A stretch of 64,000 bases of DNA from NCBI GenBank assembly GCA_964453995.1, contig CAYVQC010000010.1, forward strand, positions 21,509-85,508, read 5' to 3'. Both the position numbers and the translations under genes were made by a program. This document shows positions 19,568 to 29,349 of the stretch, piece by piece (within the stretch, counting starts at the first letter, position 1; the number at the start of each line of letters is the position of its first letter). The notes beneath the pieces were generated by a model. The model ran no database searches. It was not told the origin of the DNA and saw nothing but the letters and a program-made list of their open reading frames with translations. This DNA is from an uncultured Bacteroidales bacterium (GTDB lineage Bacteria; Bacteroidota; Bacteroidia; Bacteroidales; UBA7960).

Positions 19568-20518
19568 ATGAGCAATTCTTTCAAAATACACATATTAGGT
19601 TCGTCTGCAGCTATACCAACCTCCCTGAGGCACACTTCAGCACAGCTGGTACATTATTACAACAAATACATGCTTATTGACTGTGCCGAGGGCGCCCAGA
19701 TACAAATGCGCCGGATGCACCTTCCCCTGATGAAAATCAATCATATATTCATTTCGCACCTTCACGGTGATCATTACCTGGGCCTTCCAGGCTTGATCTT
19801 TACCATGCACCTGCTGGGCCGCAAAAGGAAACTACATGTATATTCCCCCGAAGGACTCAAAGAGATTATTGAGTTGCAATACAGCATTTCCAGGCTTGAA
19901 CCCGGTTTTGAAATAGAATATCATATTATTGGTCATGGCAAACAACTCCTGTATGAAGACAACGACCTAAGGGTAGAATCCATTGAAATGATGCACCGGT
20001 TACCTGCCTATGGTTTTCTTTTCGAAGAAAGACCAGGGCTGCGCAATATTATTAAAGAAGCCATAAGCAAATATGATATCCCGGTAGAGAAAATGCAAAA
20101 ACTCAAATCGGGAAAAGACCTGCAACTCCCCGATGGCACTGTAATTGACAACAAACAAATCACAACACCTCCGTCACCACCAAGGATTTATGCCTGCTGT
20201 TCTGATACAGGTTTTACGAACCAGTATATCGATCAGATTAAAAATGCCGACCTGCTGTACCATGAGGCTACTTTTTTGCATGACAAAGCTGATATAGCAA
20301 AGGAAAAAACCCACTGCACAGCTTTGCAGGCCGCAACCATTGCACGTGAAGCAGGAGTAAAGAGGCTCATGCTGGGCCATTATTCGGCGCGCTACGATGA
20401 ACTTTCACTTTTTGTGGAAGAAGCTCAGAAAGTATTTCAAAATACCATCCTGGCAGAAGAAGGCTCTACAATAGACATCCCCGCGGCCAAAACCCAAAAC
20501 TTTGAACAACAGGACTAA
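19568..20518 (+). CDS. rnz: Ribonuclease Z
   Basis: ILGSSAAIP, DCAEG, SHLHGDH, SDT, HEATF, GHYSARY. Confidence 0.93.
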   Translation: MSNSFKIHILGSSAAIPTSLRHTSAQLVHYYNKYMLIDCAEGAQIQMRRMHLPLMKINHIFISHLHGDHYLGLPGLIFTMHLLGRKRKLHVYSPEGLKEIIELQYSISRLEPGFEIEYHIIGHGKQLLYEDNDLRVESIEMMHRLPAYGFLFEERPGLRNIIKEAISKYDIPVEKMQKLKSGKDLQLPDGTVIDNKQITTPPSPPRIYACCSDTGFTNQYIDQIKNADLLYHEATFLHDKADIAKEKTHCTALQAATIAREAGVKRLMLGHYSARYDELSLFVEEAQKVFQNTILAEEGSTIDIPAAKTQNFEQQD

Positions 20519-21492
20519 AAAAACATTTCCAGTATTTTTTTCCTGTCGGAAGACTGATTGTAACCCAAAAAATTAACTTCTTTCAACAACTCATGAATTG
20601 CATTATGGTGATGCATTGCGCCCAAAAGTTTCTCAACCAATAGGTGATCTCTTTGATCAATTTGGTCAATAAAAACATTAGTTTCCTGTATCTTCCCCTT
20701 ACTAACTTTTAGCTTTACTTCTATTTGGTGTCCGTTGATATTTTCTTCATTATTGAACTCATATTCAGGAGAGTATCCAAAGTTCCAGGCATCAGAAAGG
20801 TATCTTTCGGTTTTAATCTTTTCTATCTGGTTTACATCAGATACAGAAAATTGGTAGTTCTCGCCCTGGCCAAAGTATTGTATGAGGAAATGAAACAATC
20901 CCATGGTAAAATCATCAATTGACATTGTATGGTTTAGCAATGAAGAAATATTAGTGACCTTGCTTCTGACCGATTTTACCGCCTTGCTCCAAAAGTTTTT
21001 TTCCCTGGCATCTATGGATTTATTGAGATAAGCCAGATCAGAATTGAACAATAAAGTACCATGATGTAACAATCGTTTTTTATGTATATGCTCTGCATTT
21101 CCTGATATCTTAAGCCCATTTACCCGCAAATCATTTTTCCCTTCAAAACGGGCATCAATACCCAATGTTTGCAGGTATTGTATTACCGGTGTTGTGTGCA
21201 GCCGGAAATTGACAACCTTCTCCCCCTGCACATTGCGGATAAAGGTGAAATTGAGGTTCCCGGGATCATGGAAAACTGTTCCCCCGCCCGACAACCGTCG
21301 AATTACCGGAATGTTGTACTTCCTCACAAAGGAGGTATTGATTTCTGCTAATGTATTCTGGTGTTTACCTATAATTACTGACGGTTCACTTCGCCATAAC
21401 ATGGTAATTTCCTTTTGAAAATGCTTCAGGAGATATTCTTCTGTAGCCAGGTTGAAATAGGGGTCTGTTGAGGAATTTAGGATGAAAAGCAT
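20515..21492 (-). CDS. lplA: Lipoate-protein ligase A
   Basis: PYFNLATEEY, IGKHQN, RRLSGGGTVFHDPGNLN, KNDL...KISGNA, HHGTLL. Confidence 0.92.
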   Translation of the reverse strand: MLFILNSSTDPYFNLATEEYLLKHFQKEITMLWRSEPSVIIGKHQNTLAEINTSFVRKYNIPVIRRLSGGGTVFHDPGNLNFTFIRNVQGEKVVNFRLHTTPVIQYLQTLGIDARFEGKNDLRVNGLKISGNAEHIHKKRLLHHGTLLFNSDLAYLNKSIDAREKNFWSKAVKSVRSKVTNISSLLNHTMSIDDFTMGLFHFLIQYFGQGENYQFSVSDVNQIEKIKTERYLSDAWNFGYSPEYEFNNEENINGHQIEVKLKVSKGKIQETNVFIDQIDQRDHLLVEKLLGAMHHHNAIHELLKEVNFLGYNQSSDRKKILEMFF

Positions 21493-21499
21493 AGGTTTT

Positions 21500-22183
21500 T
21501 TAAGGAGTGTAATACGTATTGGCTTTGGAATGATCTTGATTTTGCCTGGGATTGTAACTGGAAGGCACCAGGCAGGCGGGAACCTCCCACCGATGAAAGT
21601 ATAATTCCTTGTTGATCAGGTTGCCTTCGCAGTCAAGCAGATTTCCTTGTTTATCTTTTTTAATAACAATAAAATATCCATCTAGTAACTTCTCCAAAAT
21701 GATCCTTTGTAATTCTTCCCGGGTGGCATCCGGATGATTTTTCCCAATTTCAATTCCCATTTCATTGTTAAAAATATCCATTGTACAATCGAGCGCGGTA
21801 GGTAATCTGCCGGTACTATCACCACGATTTTTCTTAAAATGAAGTTTATTTCCCTTTTCATGATCATACCCAAGCCGCCAGGCTCTTCGGGGATGTACTT
21901 CTTTTGCCATCAGTGCCATCCAGTAGGCATGTTTGAAAGCATCTACCTGCCCTCCGCTTCCCTGGCCATCCAGTTGGGGATGGTGCTCCATTGCGCGAGA
22001 AACTTCACGCACATGCTGACTGATCTCCAGCGCACGGGAGGCAGAAAACGGATGTGTTATGACCCACCATTTTTCCGGGCGCGATAACTCGCGGAAATGC
22101 TGCAGCATACTCTTTTGCTGCGCACTTGCCACGATGGAGATAAAAACCAGTATAGCCCCAAAATATATTTTATACGCATTCAT
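21500..22183 (-). CDS. Secreted hypothetical protein, DUF6973-like
   Basis: Signal peptide; DAFKHAYWMA, HEKGN, MDIFNNEMG motifs. Confidence 0.6.
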   Translation of the reverse strand: MNAYKIYFGAILVFISIVASAQQKSMLQHFRELSRPEKWWVITHPFSASRALEISQHVREVSRAMEHHPQLDGQGSGGQVDAFKHAYWMALMAKEVHPRRAWRLGYDHEKGNKLHFKKNRGDSTGRLPTALDCTMDIFNNEMGIEIGKNHPDATREELQRIILEKLLDGYFIVIKKDKQGNLLDCEGNLINKELYFHRWEVPACLVPSSYNPRQNQDHSKANTYYTP

Positions 22184-22333
22184 GAGATTTCTAAGTGGTA
22201 GTTGGTTTTGCCATGTTAGGTTTGGTGTGCCGCCCCTATGTAAATGATCCGGGTTTGGTGATCCGGTAGCGATAGCCTGGCTGGTGCTGATAATTTAAAA
22301 CTACTCTTGTTACATTAGAAGAATTATCTGGGT

Positions 22334-23185
22334 TCATCCATTTTCCCGTTTGAGTTCCTCCAGTCGCATCTTAATTTTTTTAACAATATACTGGTCTTTT
22401 ACCTCTGTTAGTAGTTTCTCCAGTATCATACTATCATGCAGTTTTGAAATAGCTCTTTTGCGTACTTCAAAATCATTGTCTTTACGGATGACCTCCGCTA
22501 AAACCTCTTGATCATCAATTTTCGCTACAGCCTTGTTCCGTACATAATAATCCGAGTCCTGGAAGGCAATCTGCCTGATGACTTCTTCATCAAAAATTTT
22601 CTCCAAGGCAAGAGCCCTTACATAGTAATCATTATCGTTTGTTGCAATATAAATCAGGGTTTGCTGGTCAGTTAGCTTCTTTAACGCATCTGATCTTACA
22701 TAAAAATCTTCATGATGCAATGCAATTTTCTTAAGTATATGCTGAGCTTCAATGGCTTCTACCGCAGTTTTCATAATATCGCGGTCAGAGATTTGCTCTA
22801 TAAGTCTTTCAAGCACATCGTCATTTTTTATTTTTGCCAAAGCATCCTTACAGATATAATAGTCTTCCTGGCTCTTCAATACAATATGGGCCAATACCTC
22901 AGGATCAGAAATTTTACGCACTGCTGCGACCCTAACATAATAATCGCTATCGTTTAATGCAATTTGCATCAATACATCAGCATCATTGATTTTTTCAGTG
23001 GCTGTTTGCCTTACATAATAATCCGGATCGTTGGCAGCTACTTTTCTGAGGATTTCCTGATCGTCTATTTCCTTCAAAGCATCTACCCGATCATAATAAT
23101 CTGTTGCATTAAAAACCTTATCAATCAACTCTTTCATTTTATCTTTAGGAATCGGGTCGTTGGGGTTTGTAGGGCTTTCTGACAT
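22334..23185 (-). CDS. Alpha-solenoid protein of about ten 26-aa HEAT/LRV-like repeats
   Basis: Repeated DYYVRxxAxxKIxDxxVLxxIAxxD; ATG at 23185 (MSESPTNP) preferred. Confidence 0.75.
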   Translation of the reverse strand: MSESPTNPNDPIPKDKMKELIDKVFNATDYYDRVDALKEIDDQEILRKVAANDPDYYVRQTATEKINDADVLMQIALNDSDYYVRVAAVRKISDPEVLAHIVLKSQEDYYICKDALAKIKNDDVLERLIEQISDRDIMKTAVEAIEAQHILKKIALHHEDFYVRSDALKKLTDQQTLIYIATNDNDYYVRALALEKIFDEEVIRQIAFQDSDYYVRNKAVAKIDDQEVLAEVIRKDNDFEVRKRAISKLHDSMILEKLLTEVKDQYIVKKIKMRLEELKRENG

Positions 23186-23456
23186 GGCTGGAAGTTTTAT
23201 CGATGAACGACTGTGAAAAGGATCAACAGGGCATAAAAATAGTGAAAAAAATAGGATTTCGACTGCATCGGGTTGTTTTTTCCTTAGGCAAAACACTAAA
23301 TTCTCATCTTATTCTTAATTTAAAAATCTAATTTACATATCGTAATTTCCTGTATCACTCGTGTTTTAATAAGGTTCTGATCAATGAGTCTGATGTATTT
23401 TAACATGACAATTATCTATTTTGTAGTTTTTTTTTTGCTTCTAACAAAATATTTTC

Positions 23457-23464
23457 TAAATTTG
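23457..23464 (+). promoter_or_regulatory. Candidate -7 element for the giant surface-protein genes (long leader)
   Basis: TAAATTTG about 440 bp upstream of ATG 23905. Confidence 0.4.
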
Positions 23465-23904
23465 CCTCACCAATAAACATTTTTTCCAGATTAAACATCT
23501 CCTCCCGCAAAATTAAATAAGATTGCAGATTTAACTCCCTCATAATCTGCATGTTACTAATCTACCGTAGATTGTTTCCTCCCTGCAATCTTAGATTAAA
23601 AATTATATTTTACTCCTCCTCTCCCGGAGAAATCTTTGCAAATCAATAATTGATACTCAGGTATCATGTTTTTGTTTCAATGCAAATATTTTTTTCATGA
23701 AAATCGTCCATGCAAACTCAAAATTGAATTGGTTAGGGGCCAATATATTGCATAGTCTTTCAAAAGTAGATTTTTTTTCCTGTTTCTTTGCCTCCACTGA
23801 ATTTATCGGGCAACATCATGTTGCTGCATTCCCTCCAGAACGATTAAATCCATTCTTTTTTTATTATCCAAACCTACCTTAGTATTAATCTAAAAACCAA
23901 CGTT

Positions 23905-26900
23905 ATGGAGAGAAGAACCCTACTACTAATTTTTTGCTTATGGTTTTATGCGGGCCTTACAAGTGGACAGCCGGTTACCATCAGTAAAAGTGATTCTAAA
24001 GGCACAAAGGCCGAACTTAAAAACTCTGTCAACCCAAATCAGCACAGTAGAACCCAATTCTTTACTGACAATTTGAAAGATTCAGAGACCTTTTTCACGG
24101 AAGATTTCGATGGAGATGTTTTTCCACCAACAGGCTGGAGTATTATTGCGACCCACCCTGATTCGGATTCCAACTGGCATGAAGCAACCATTGAGGAAAA
24201 TTCTTTTGCAGAGGTATTGTACACCGATGCCCTGATGATGGATGAGTGGATCATTAGTCCTTCCATTGATCTCTCATCTATGGTAGCCGGATTTATTTCC
24301 TTCCGGTTTCTGACCAGCTACTACTGGCTGGTAGACCCTTTTGATGGTGCTAACCTTATGCTTAAAGTATCCACCGACGGTGGAACAACATGGGAACAGA
24401 TATGGTTTGAAGAGGACTTTGGAACCTTTTTAGATTATACGTGGTATACCGTTACACTTCCTATTGACGACTATGCAGGCGAAAGCAATGTAAAAATTGC
24501 CTTTCACTTTCTGGGAAACGATGGGGCACAAACCAATGTGGATGATATAACAGTTTTTTCGGCTGACTCCTACCAGTTAACCATGCTTGACCCCATCGGT
24601 GACGGAAGTGTAATTCCGGCTCCTGGTGTGCACGAGTATTTTGAAAACACTGAGGTAGCTTTGGGTGCAAACCCGGACTTTGGATATACCTTCAATTCAT
24701 GGAATCAGGGAGATGTAACCGACACGAATGCTTCCATTACAACAATTGTAATGGATCAGGACAAAACAGTTCAGGCTACTTTTACCCAATTGAACCTGGA
24801 TCTGCTTTGGCATCAGTATACTTATGGGGAAAGTGCAATCAATAGCGCTGTAATTAATGAAGACACTGAATATGAGGTAGCTGACAATTTTTCCAGCTCA
24901 GCCATTGAAAGCATTACAAAAGTAGTAGTACATGGATTACCCAGTGGAATTGCCAGCGGACCCCAAAGAGTCCTTACCTTAAGGTTTTACAGCCCTACCA
25001 AATCGGGCGAACCCGACTGGGAGAACCCTGTCTCCGAGCAAACAATTACTGCTAAAGCATATTATGTAGAACCCCTTTCCTGGAATCCTTCTTTCAATAT
25101 ATTTAAATATGAACTTGATTTATTAACACCAGTGGATTTACAGGAAGGCTGGATCTCGGTACAGGCCAATGATACCGGATCATTTTACTGGTTAGCTGCA
25201 GAGGAAGGAACCGGAGATGGTAATGCATGGCAAAGAATTGTAAATGCTGATGAAGACCCCAATGAAAATCTGACCATGGATTTTATGCTGGAGGTGTGGG
25301 GGGAAGGAGCTGAAATTGCTCCCGATTGCGTGCTTTATATTTCTCCCGATGATGAAGCAATTGATCAGCCAACAGATATTTCCTTATCCTGGCAGGCAAG
25401 CCCCAATGCCACTGGTTACATGCTCTACTTTGGTGAAACCCTTCCTGCTACAGGTATAGATGTTGGCAATGTAACAAGTTATAGTACATCGCTGGAATTC
25501 AGTACAACCTATTTCTGGAAGGTGGTACCTTACAATTTCATTGGCTCAGCGGAAGGTTGCCCTGCATATAGCTTCACCACTATTGATGACCCTACACAGC
25601 TTCTCCCCTGGGCTGAAGACTTCACAGGACTGGAAGCCGGAGCAATACCCACAGGCTGGAACAGAACCCATAGCAATTGGGGTGCTTTTGACGGTAATAA
25701 TGCAGGTGGTACATCTCCTGAAATGAGATTTTTTTATTCACCTTCTGCTACCGACGTTTTTAGATTGGTCTCTCCTCCGCTGCAAAGCACAGCCAAAGTA
25801 GATTATCGGCTCACATTCAAGCACCAGATTGATTTCTATGATACACCTGCAAGCTATAAAGTACAATTCTCAAACGATGGTGAAACATGGGAAACCATCT
25901 GGGAAATTATAGATCCTGTGGAAAACGTAGGACCTGAGACTGTTACAATAAATCTGAACGAATTGAATGGTATATTTTACCTGGCATGGGTATTTGATGG
26001 ATACTCATTCAATACTGATGCGTGGCATGTAGATGATATTGCAGTGGAAGAAATACCCACCGAGCCTGTTTTCTCCATCGTTCCTGATCCTGAGGGTGGA
26101 GAATTTGATTTTGGTATTATTAACATGGGAGAACAATCTGATCCTGAAAACTTTACTGTTACCAATACCGGTGATGGAGTTCTTACCATAAACTCCGTAA
26201 CTATTACCGGCGAAGATGCAGCTGATTTCATCCTCACCCTCGATCCTGAGGCTGATACCGGGCTGGGTGCAGGAGAATCCCTCTCATTCAGCATTGTATT
26301 TGCACCTGATATAGCTGGTGCGAAAACCGCTCAACTCAATGTATCTTATGATACTGGCACAGGTTTAAAAGATCAAACATATTTGCTGGTGCTGTTGGGT
26401 GAGGCTATAGACCCAACAATCTTGCCACCTTTCGAGGTTAATTTTGATCCCTTCCCACCTGCCAACTGGACAAGGCCATATGGTATTCTTGACGTTGAAA
26501 CGGAATTTATTACTCCCATTGGATTAAACTGGGTCAGCAGCAATTTTGGTAATAATAGCTCTAATCCAAAAGCCACAAAAATAAACCTCTATGTTTCATC
26601 CAATCCTATTTACCGGTGGTTCATGAGCCCACCCATCGATATGACTGCCAAAGGTGACGAATACCAGCTTTCATTCGATCTGGCAGTGACCGGTTATGCC
26701 AATCAAACTCCGGATCAATTGGGACCTGAAGACTATTTTGCCGTGGTTGTTTCAAGGGATGGTGGTCAAACATGGTCATCCGACGATGTCATTTTTGAGT
26801 TGTCAGGAGCCGATTCGGATGAGATCACTCCCGGCGGGCAAACGTTTACTATAGACCTTGACGCCATTACGGGTACTATTAAACTGGGTTTCTATGCACA

Positions 26901-29196
26901 AAGGCACTCAGGAACAAATCCCGATATTGATCTTCATCTGGGCAATGTCCTGGTTAGGGTCAAACCTACGGAGCCTATTTTTTCCATAAACCCTGATTCC
27001 TGGGACTTTGGGCAGGTTGATATTGGATTTGAATCCCCCGTAAAAGAGTTTACCATTACCAATACGGGATCTGGAGTTCTTAAGATTGAACCCGAGAATG
27101 TATACCTGGAAGGAGAAGATCAATATGCATTCGGGCTTTTCAATTTTGATGAAGTGGTATCTCTGGGCGCCAATGAATCAGCAACTCTAAGTATAATGTT
27201 TATGCCCGATGATACCAGGATATTCAATGTTAATCTTGTTATAGACGATGATTTAGCAAAAACAGTACATTATATACCTATCACAGGAGAAGGAATTTCA
27301 AAACCCTCCGGTTCAACCTGCGAAAATCCTTACCTGCTAAGCTTACCGGTAATTGATTACGTAGATAATACAGAAGATTACGGAGATAATTATTCAAATG
27401 ACTGGGTATCTCCCCCCACCAGCTATCTGAATGGTAATGACTTTGTTGCGAAGTTTACCCTTGCTGAAACCGGTTATCTCAGTGGCAGTGTTGCAGGAAG
27501 CTGGACAGGACTCATTATTGTTGAAAATTGCCCTGATCCTGTTAATGCTGCAGAGGTTCTGGCCCTTGCTACAGGATCAAACGGGGGATCTTTTTCCAAT
27601 GTAACATTTGAAGATGGCACCTATTATGCAATCGTTTCAACCTACCCCTCTCCACAATTTACCGATTTTACGCTAAATCTTTCCTTTGAGCCGCTACCTG
27701 ACTGTATTGCGCCCAATAACCTAACGGCTGACAATATTACCACAACAGGTGCCTCTCTTGGGTGGACAGCACTGGGAAGTGAAACCTCGTGGAACGTTGA
27801 ATGGGGGTTGGCCGGTTTCGTCCAGGGCGAAGGAACCCTTGCAGCAGGAGTTACTAATCCTTATGTGCTTTCCGGACTAGATTCCGGTACCATTTATGAG
27901 TTTTACGTTCAGGCGGTTTGCAACGGCGAAACAAGTACGTGGAGTGGACCCTTTGCCTTCAGCACACTGTGCAATCCCGTTGATTTACCGTGGGTAGAAA
28001 ACTTTGATGGAGTAACCGCTCCCCAAGTACCTGCGTGCATAAGTGTAATTAACAACAACGGTGACAATTATACATGGGAAACCTCAACCCAGGATCCATA
28101 CTCTTCACCAAACTCAATGGCTATTAGGTGGAATTCTTCTTTAGCTATGGATGACTGGTTCTTCTCTCCCGGTTTAAACCTTATCGCCGGAGAGACTTAT
28201 GAGGTAAAGTTTTATTATTCAGTAGCGGGTATAAATTATCCCGAAAAACTAAAGGTAATGTGGGGCGATGAACCAAACGCTTCTGGCATGACAGGTGGCA
28301 TCCTTTGGAATAACGACGACCTTACCAACACAGAATATCTCGAGGCCACAGCAACTTTCACCCCTGGTGAATCAGGTATCTATTATGTTGGATGGCATGG
28401 CTACAGCGATGCTGACCAGTTTAGAATTTATGTTGATGATATCCAAATTGATGTGGCACCTCCTGCAGGCATTACCCTCGACCTGAAAGTAATTCTGGAA
28501 GGAGCTTTCAGTCCTGGCAAAAGTGAAATGATGCATACAATCATCAATGATGTATTACCTCTTGACCAACCCTTTGCACCCGACCTGCCCTACTATGGCA
28601 ACAACAACCCGGAATGGTACTATGAAGGTGATGAAGCAGTTGACATTATGCCGGAAAATGTTGTTGACTGGGTCCTCATCGAACTACGTGATGCTGCAGC
28701 ACCATCAGAAGCATATACCAGCACTGTGATCTCTCAAAAGGCTGCACTGCTTCTCAATACCGGAGAGATTGTATCTACAGACCTTACTATGCCTGTATTC
28801 GATGTTGAAATAAATGAAGGGCTCTATGTTGTGATTTATCATCGGAACCATCTTGCCGTCATGTCAGCAGAAGCACTTACAGAAGCAGGAGGCATCTACA
28901 GTTGGGATTTTACCCAGTCATTAGACCGGGCCTTTCATCTTTACAACAGATCTTCATACGGAGAAGGGCACAAGGAACTTGGCGAGGGTATCTTCGGAAT
29001 GTATGGTGGTGATGGCGATGCCAACGGACAAATCCAGGCACAGGATAAAAATAACGTCTGGAACCTGCAGTCCGGTTTTGCCGGCTATTTCCCTGCCGAC
29101 TTTGATCTTAATGGTCAGGTGCAGGCACAGGATAAAAACAATATTTGGAATGCAAACAGTGGAATTGGCACTGCCGTTCCTGGTGATTCCAAATAG
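23905..29196 (+). CDS. Giant secreted acidic multidomain adhesin-like protein: cleaved-adhesin/choice-of-anchor-J-like domains, InlB-B-like repeat, Ig/ASH-like and FN3 domains, C-terminal dockerin-like module
   Basis: Signal peptide; EDFDG..FPPTGW, DEWIISP, DDWFFSPG; DFG...FTVTNTGDGVL; CIAPNNL...YEFYVQAVC; two Ca-loop repeats DGDANGQIQAQD and DFDLNGQVQAQD. Confidence 0.8.
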   Translation: MERRTLLLIFCLWFYAGLTSGQPVTISKSDSKGTKAELKNSVNPNQHSRTQFFTDNLKDSETFFTEDFDGDVFPPTGWSIIATHPDSDSNWHEATIEENSFAEVLYTDALMMDEWIISPSIDLSSMVAGFISFRFLTSYYWLVDPFDGANLMLKVSTDGGTTWEQIWFEEDFGTFLDYTWYTVTLPIDDYAGESNVKIAFHFLGNDGAQTNVDDITVFSADSYQLTMLDPIGDGSVIPAPGVHEYFENTEVALGANPDFGYTFNSWNQGDVTDTNASITTIVMDQDKTVQATFTQLNLDLLWHQYTYGESAINSAVINEDTEYEVADNFSSSAIESITKVVVHGLPSGIASGPQRVLTLRFYSPTKSGEPDWENPVSEQTITAKAYYVEPLSWNPSFNIFKYELDLLTPVDLQEGWISVQANDTGSFYWLAAEEGTGDGNAWQRIVNADEDPNENLTMDFMLEVWGEGAEIAPDCVLYISPDDEAIDQPTDISLSWQASPNATGYMLYFGETLPATGIDVGNVTSYSTSLEFSTTYFWKVVPYNFIGSAEGCPAYSFTTIDDPTQLLPWAEDFTGLEAGAIPTGWNRTHSNWGAFDGNNAGGTSPEMRFFYSPSATDVFRLVSPPLQSTAKVDYRLTFKHQIDFYDTPASYKVQFSNDGETWETIWEIIDPVENVGPETVTINLNELNGIFYLAWVFDGYSFNTDAWHVDDIAVEEIPTEPVFSIVPDPEGGEFDFGIINMGEQSDPENFTVTNTGDGVLTINSVTITGEDAADFILTLDPEADTGLGAGESLSFSIVFAPDIAGAKTAQLNVSYDTGTGLKDQTYLLVLLGEAIDPTILPPFEVNFDPFPPANWTRPYGILDVETEFITPIGLNWVSSNFGNNSSNPKATKINLYVSSNPIYRWFMSPPIDMTAKGDEYQLSFDLAVTGYANQTPDQLGPEDYFAVVVSRDGGQTWSSDDVIFELSGADSDEITPGGQTFTIDLDAITGTIKLGFYAQRHSGTNPDIDLHLGNVLVRVKPTEPIFSINPDSWDFGQVDIGFESPVKEFTITNTGSGVLKIEPENVYLEGEDQYAFGLFNFDEVVSLGANESATLSIMFMPDDTRIFNVNLVIDDDLAKTVHYIPITGEGISKPSGSTCENPYLLSLPVIDYVDNTEDYGDNYSNDWVSPPTSYLNGNDFVAKFTLAETGYLSGSVAGSWTGLIIVENCPDPVNAAEVLALATGSNGGSFSNVTFEDGTYYAIVSTYPSPQFTDFTLNLSFEPLPDCIAPNNLTADNITTTGASLGWTALGSETSWNVEWGLAGFVQGEGTLAAGVTNPYVLSGLDSGTIYEFYVQAVCNGETSTWSGPFAFSTLCNPVDLPWVENFDGVTAPQVPACISVINNNGDNYTWETSTQDPYSSPNSMAIRWNSSLAMDDWFFSPGLNLIAGETYEVKFYYSVAGINYPEKLKVMWGDEPNASGMTGGILWNNDDLTNTEYLEATATFTPGESGIYYVGWHGYSDADQFRIYVDDIQIDVAPPAGITLDLKVILEGAFSPGKSEMMHTIINDVLPLDQPFAPDLPYYGNNNPEWYYEGDEAVDIMPENVVDWVLIELRDAAAPSEAYTSTVISQKAALLLNTGEIVSTDLTMPVFDVEINEGLYVVIYHRNHLAVMSAEALTEAGGIYSWDFTQSLDRAFHLYNRSSYGEGHKELGEGIFGMYGGDGDANGQIQAQDKNNVWNLQSGFAGYFPADFDLNGQVQAQDKNNIWNANSGIGTAVPGDSK

Positions 29197-29201
29197 CACA
29201 T

Positions 29202-29253
29202 ACCCTTGGGCAACCTGTCTGCTCGATTAGGACAGGTTGCCGTTTCAAGGGGT
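29202..29253 (+). other. Long intergenic hairpin without a U-tract
   Basis: GGCAACCTGTC (29209-29219) pairs with GACAGGTTGCC (29231-29241); outer stem CCCTTG/CAAGGG. Confidence 0.6.
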
Positions 29254-29349
29254 TTACCAGGCAAAAAGTGAAACCTTGTAAACCCAATATAACGCTCAGT
29301 TTCTTTTGTTTTAGAATGTAAATCTATGTCAAACTAAAAATCAGTTCCT

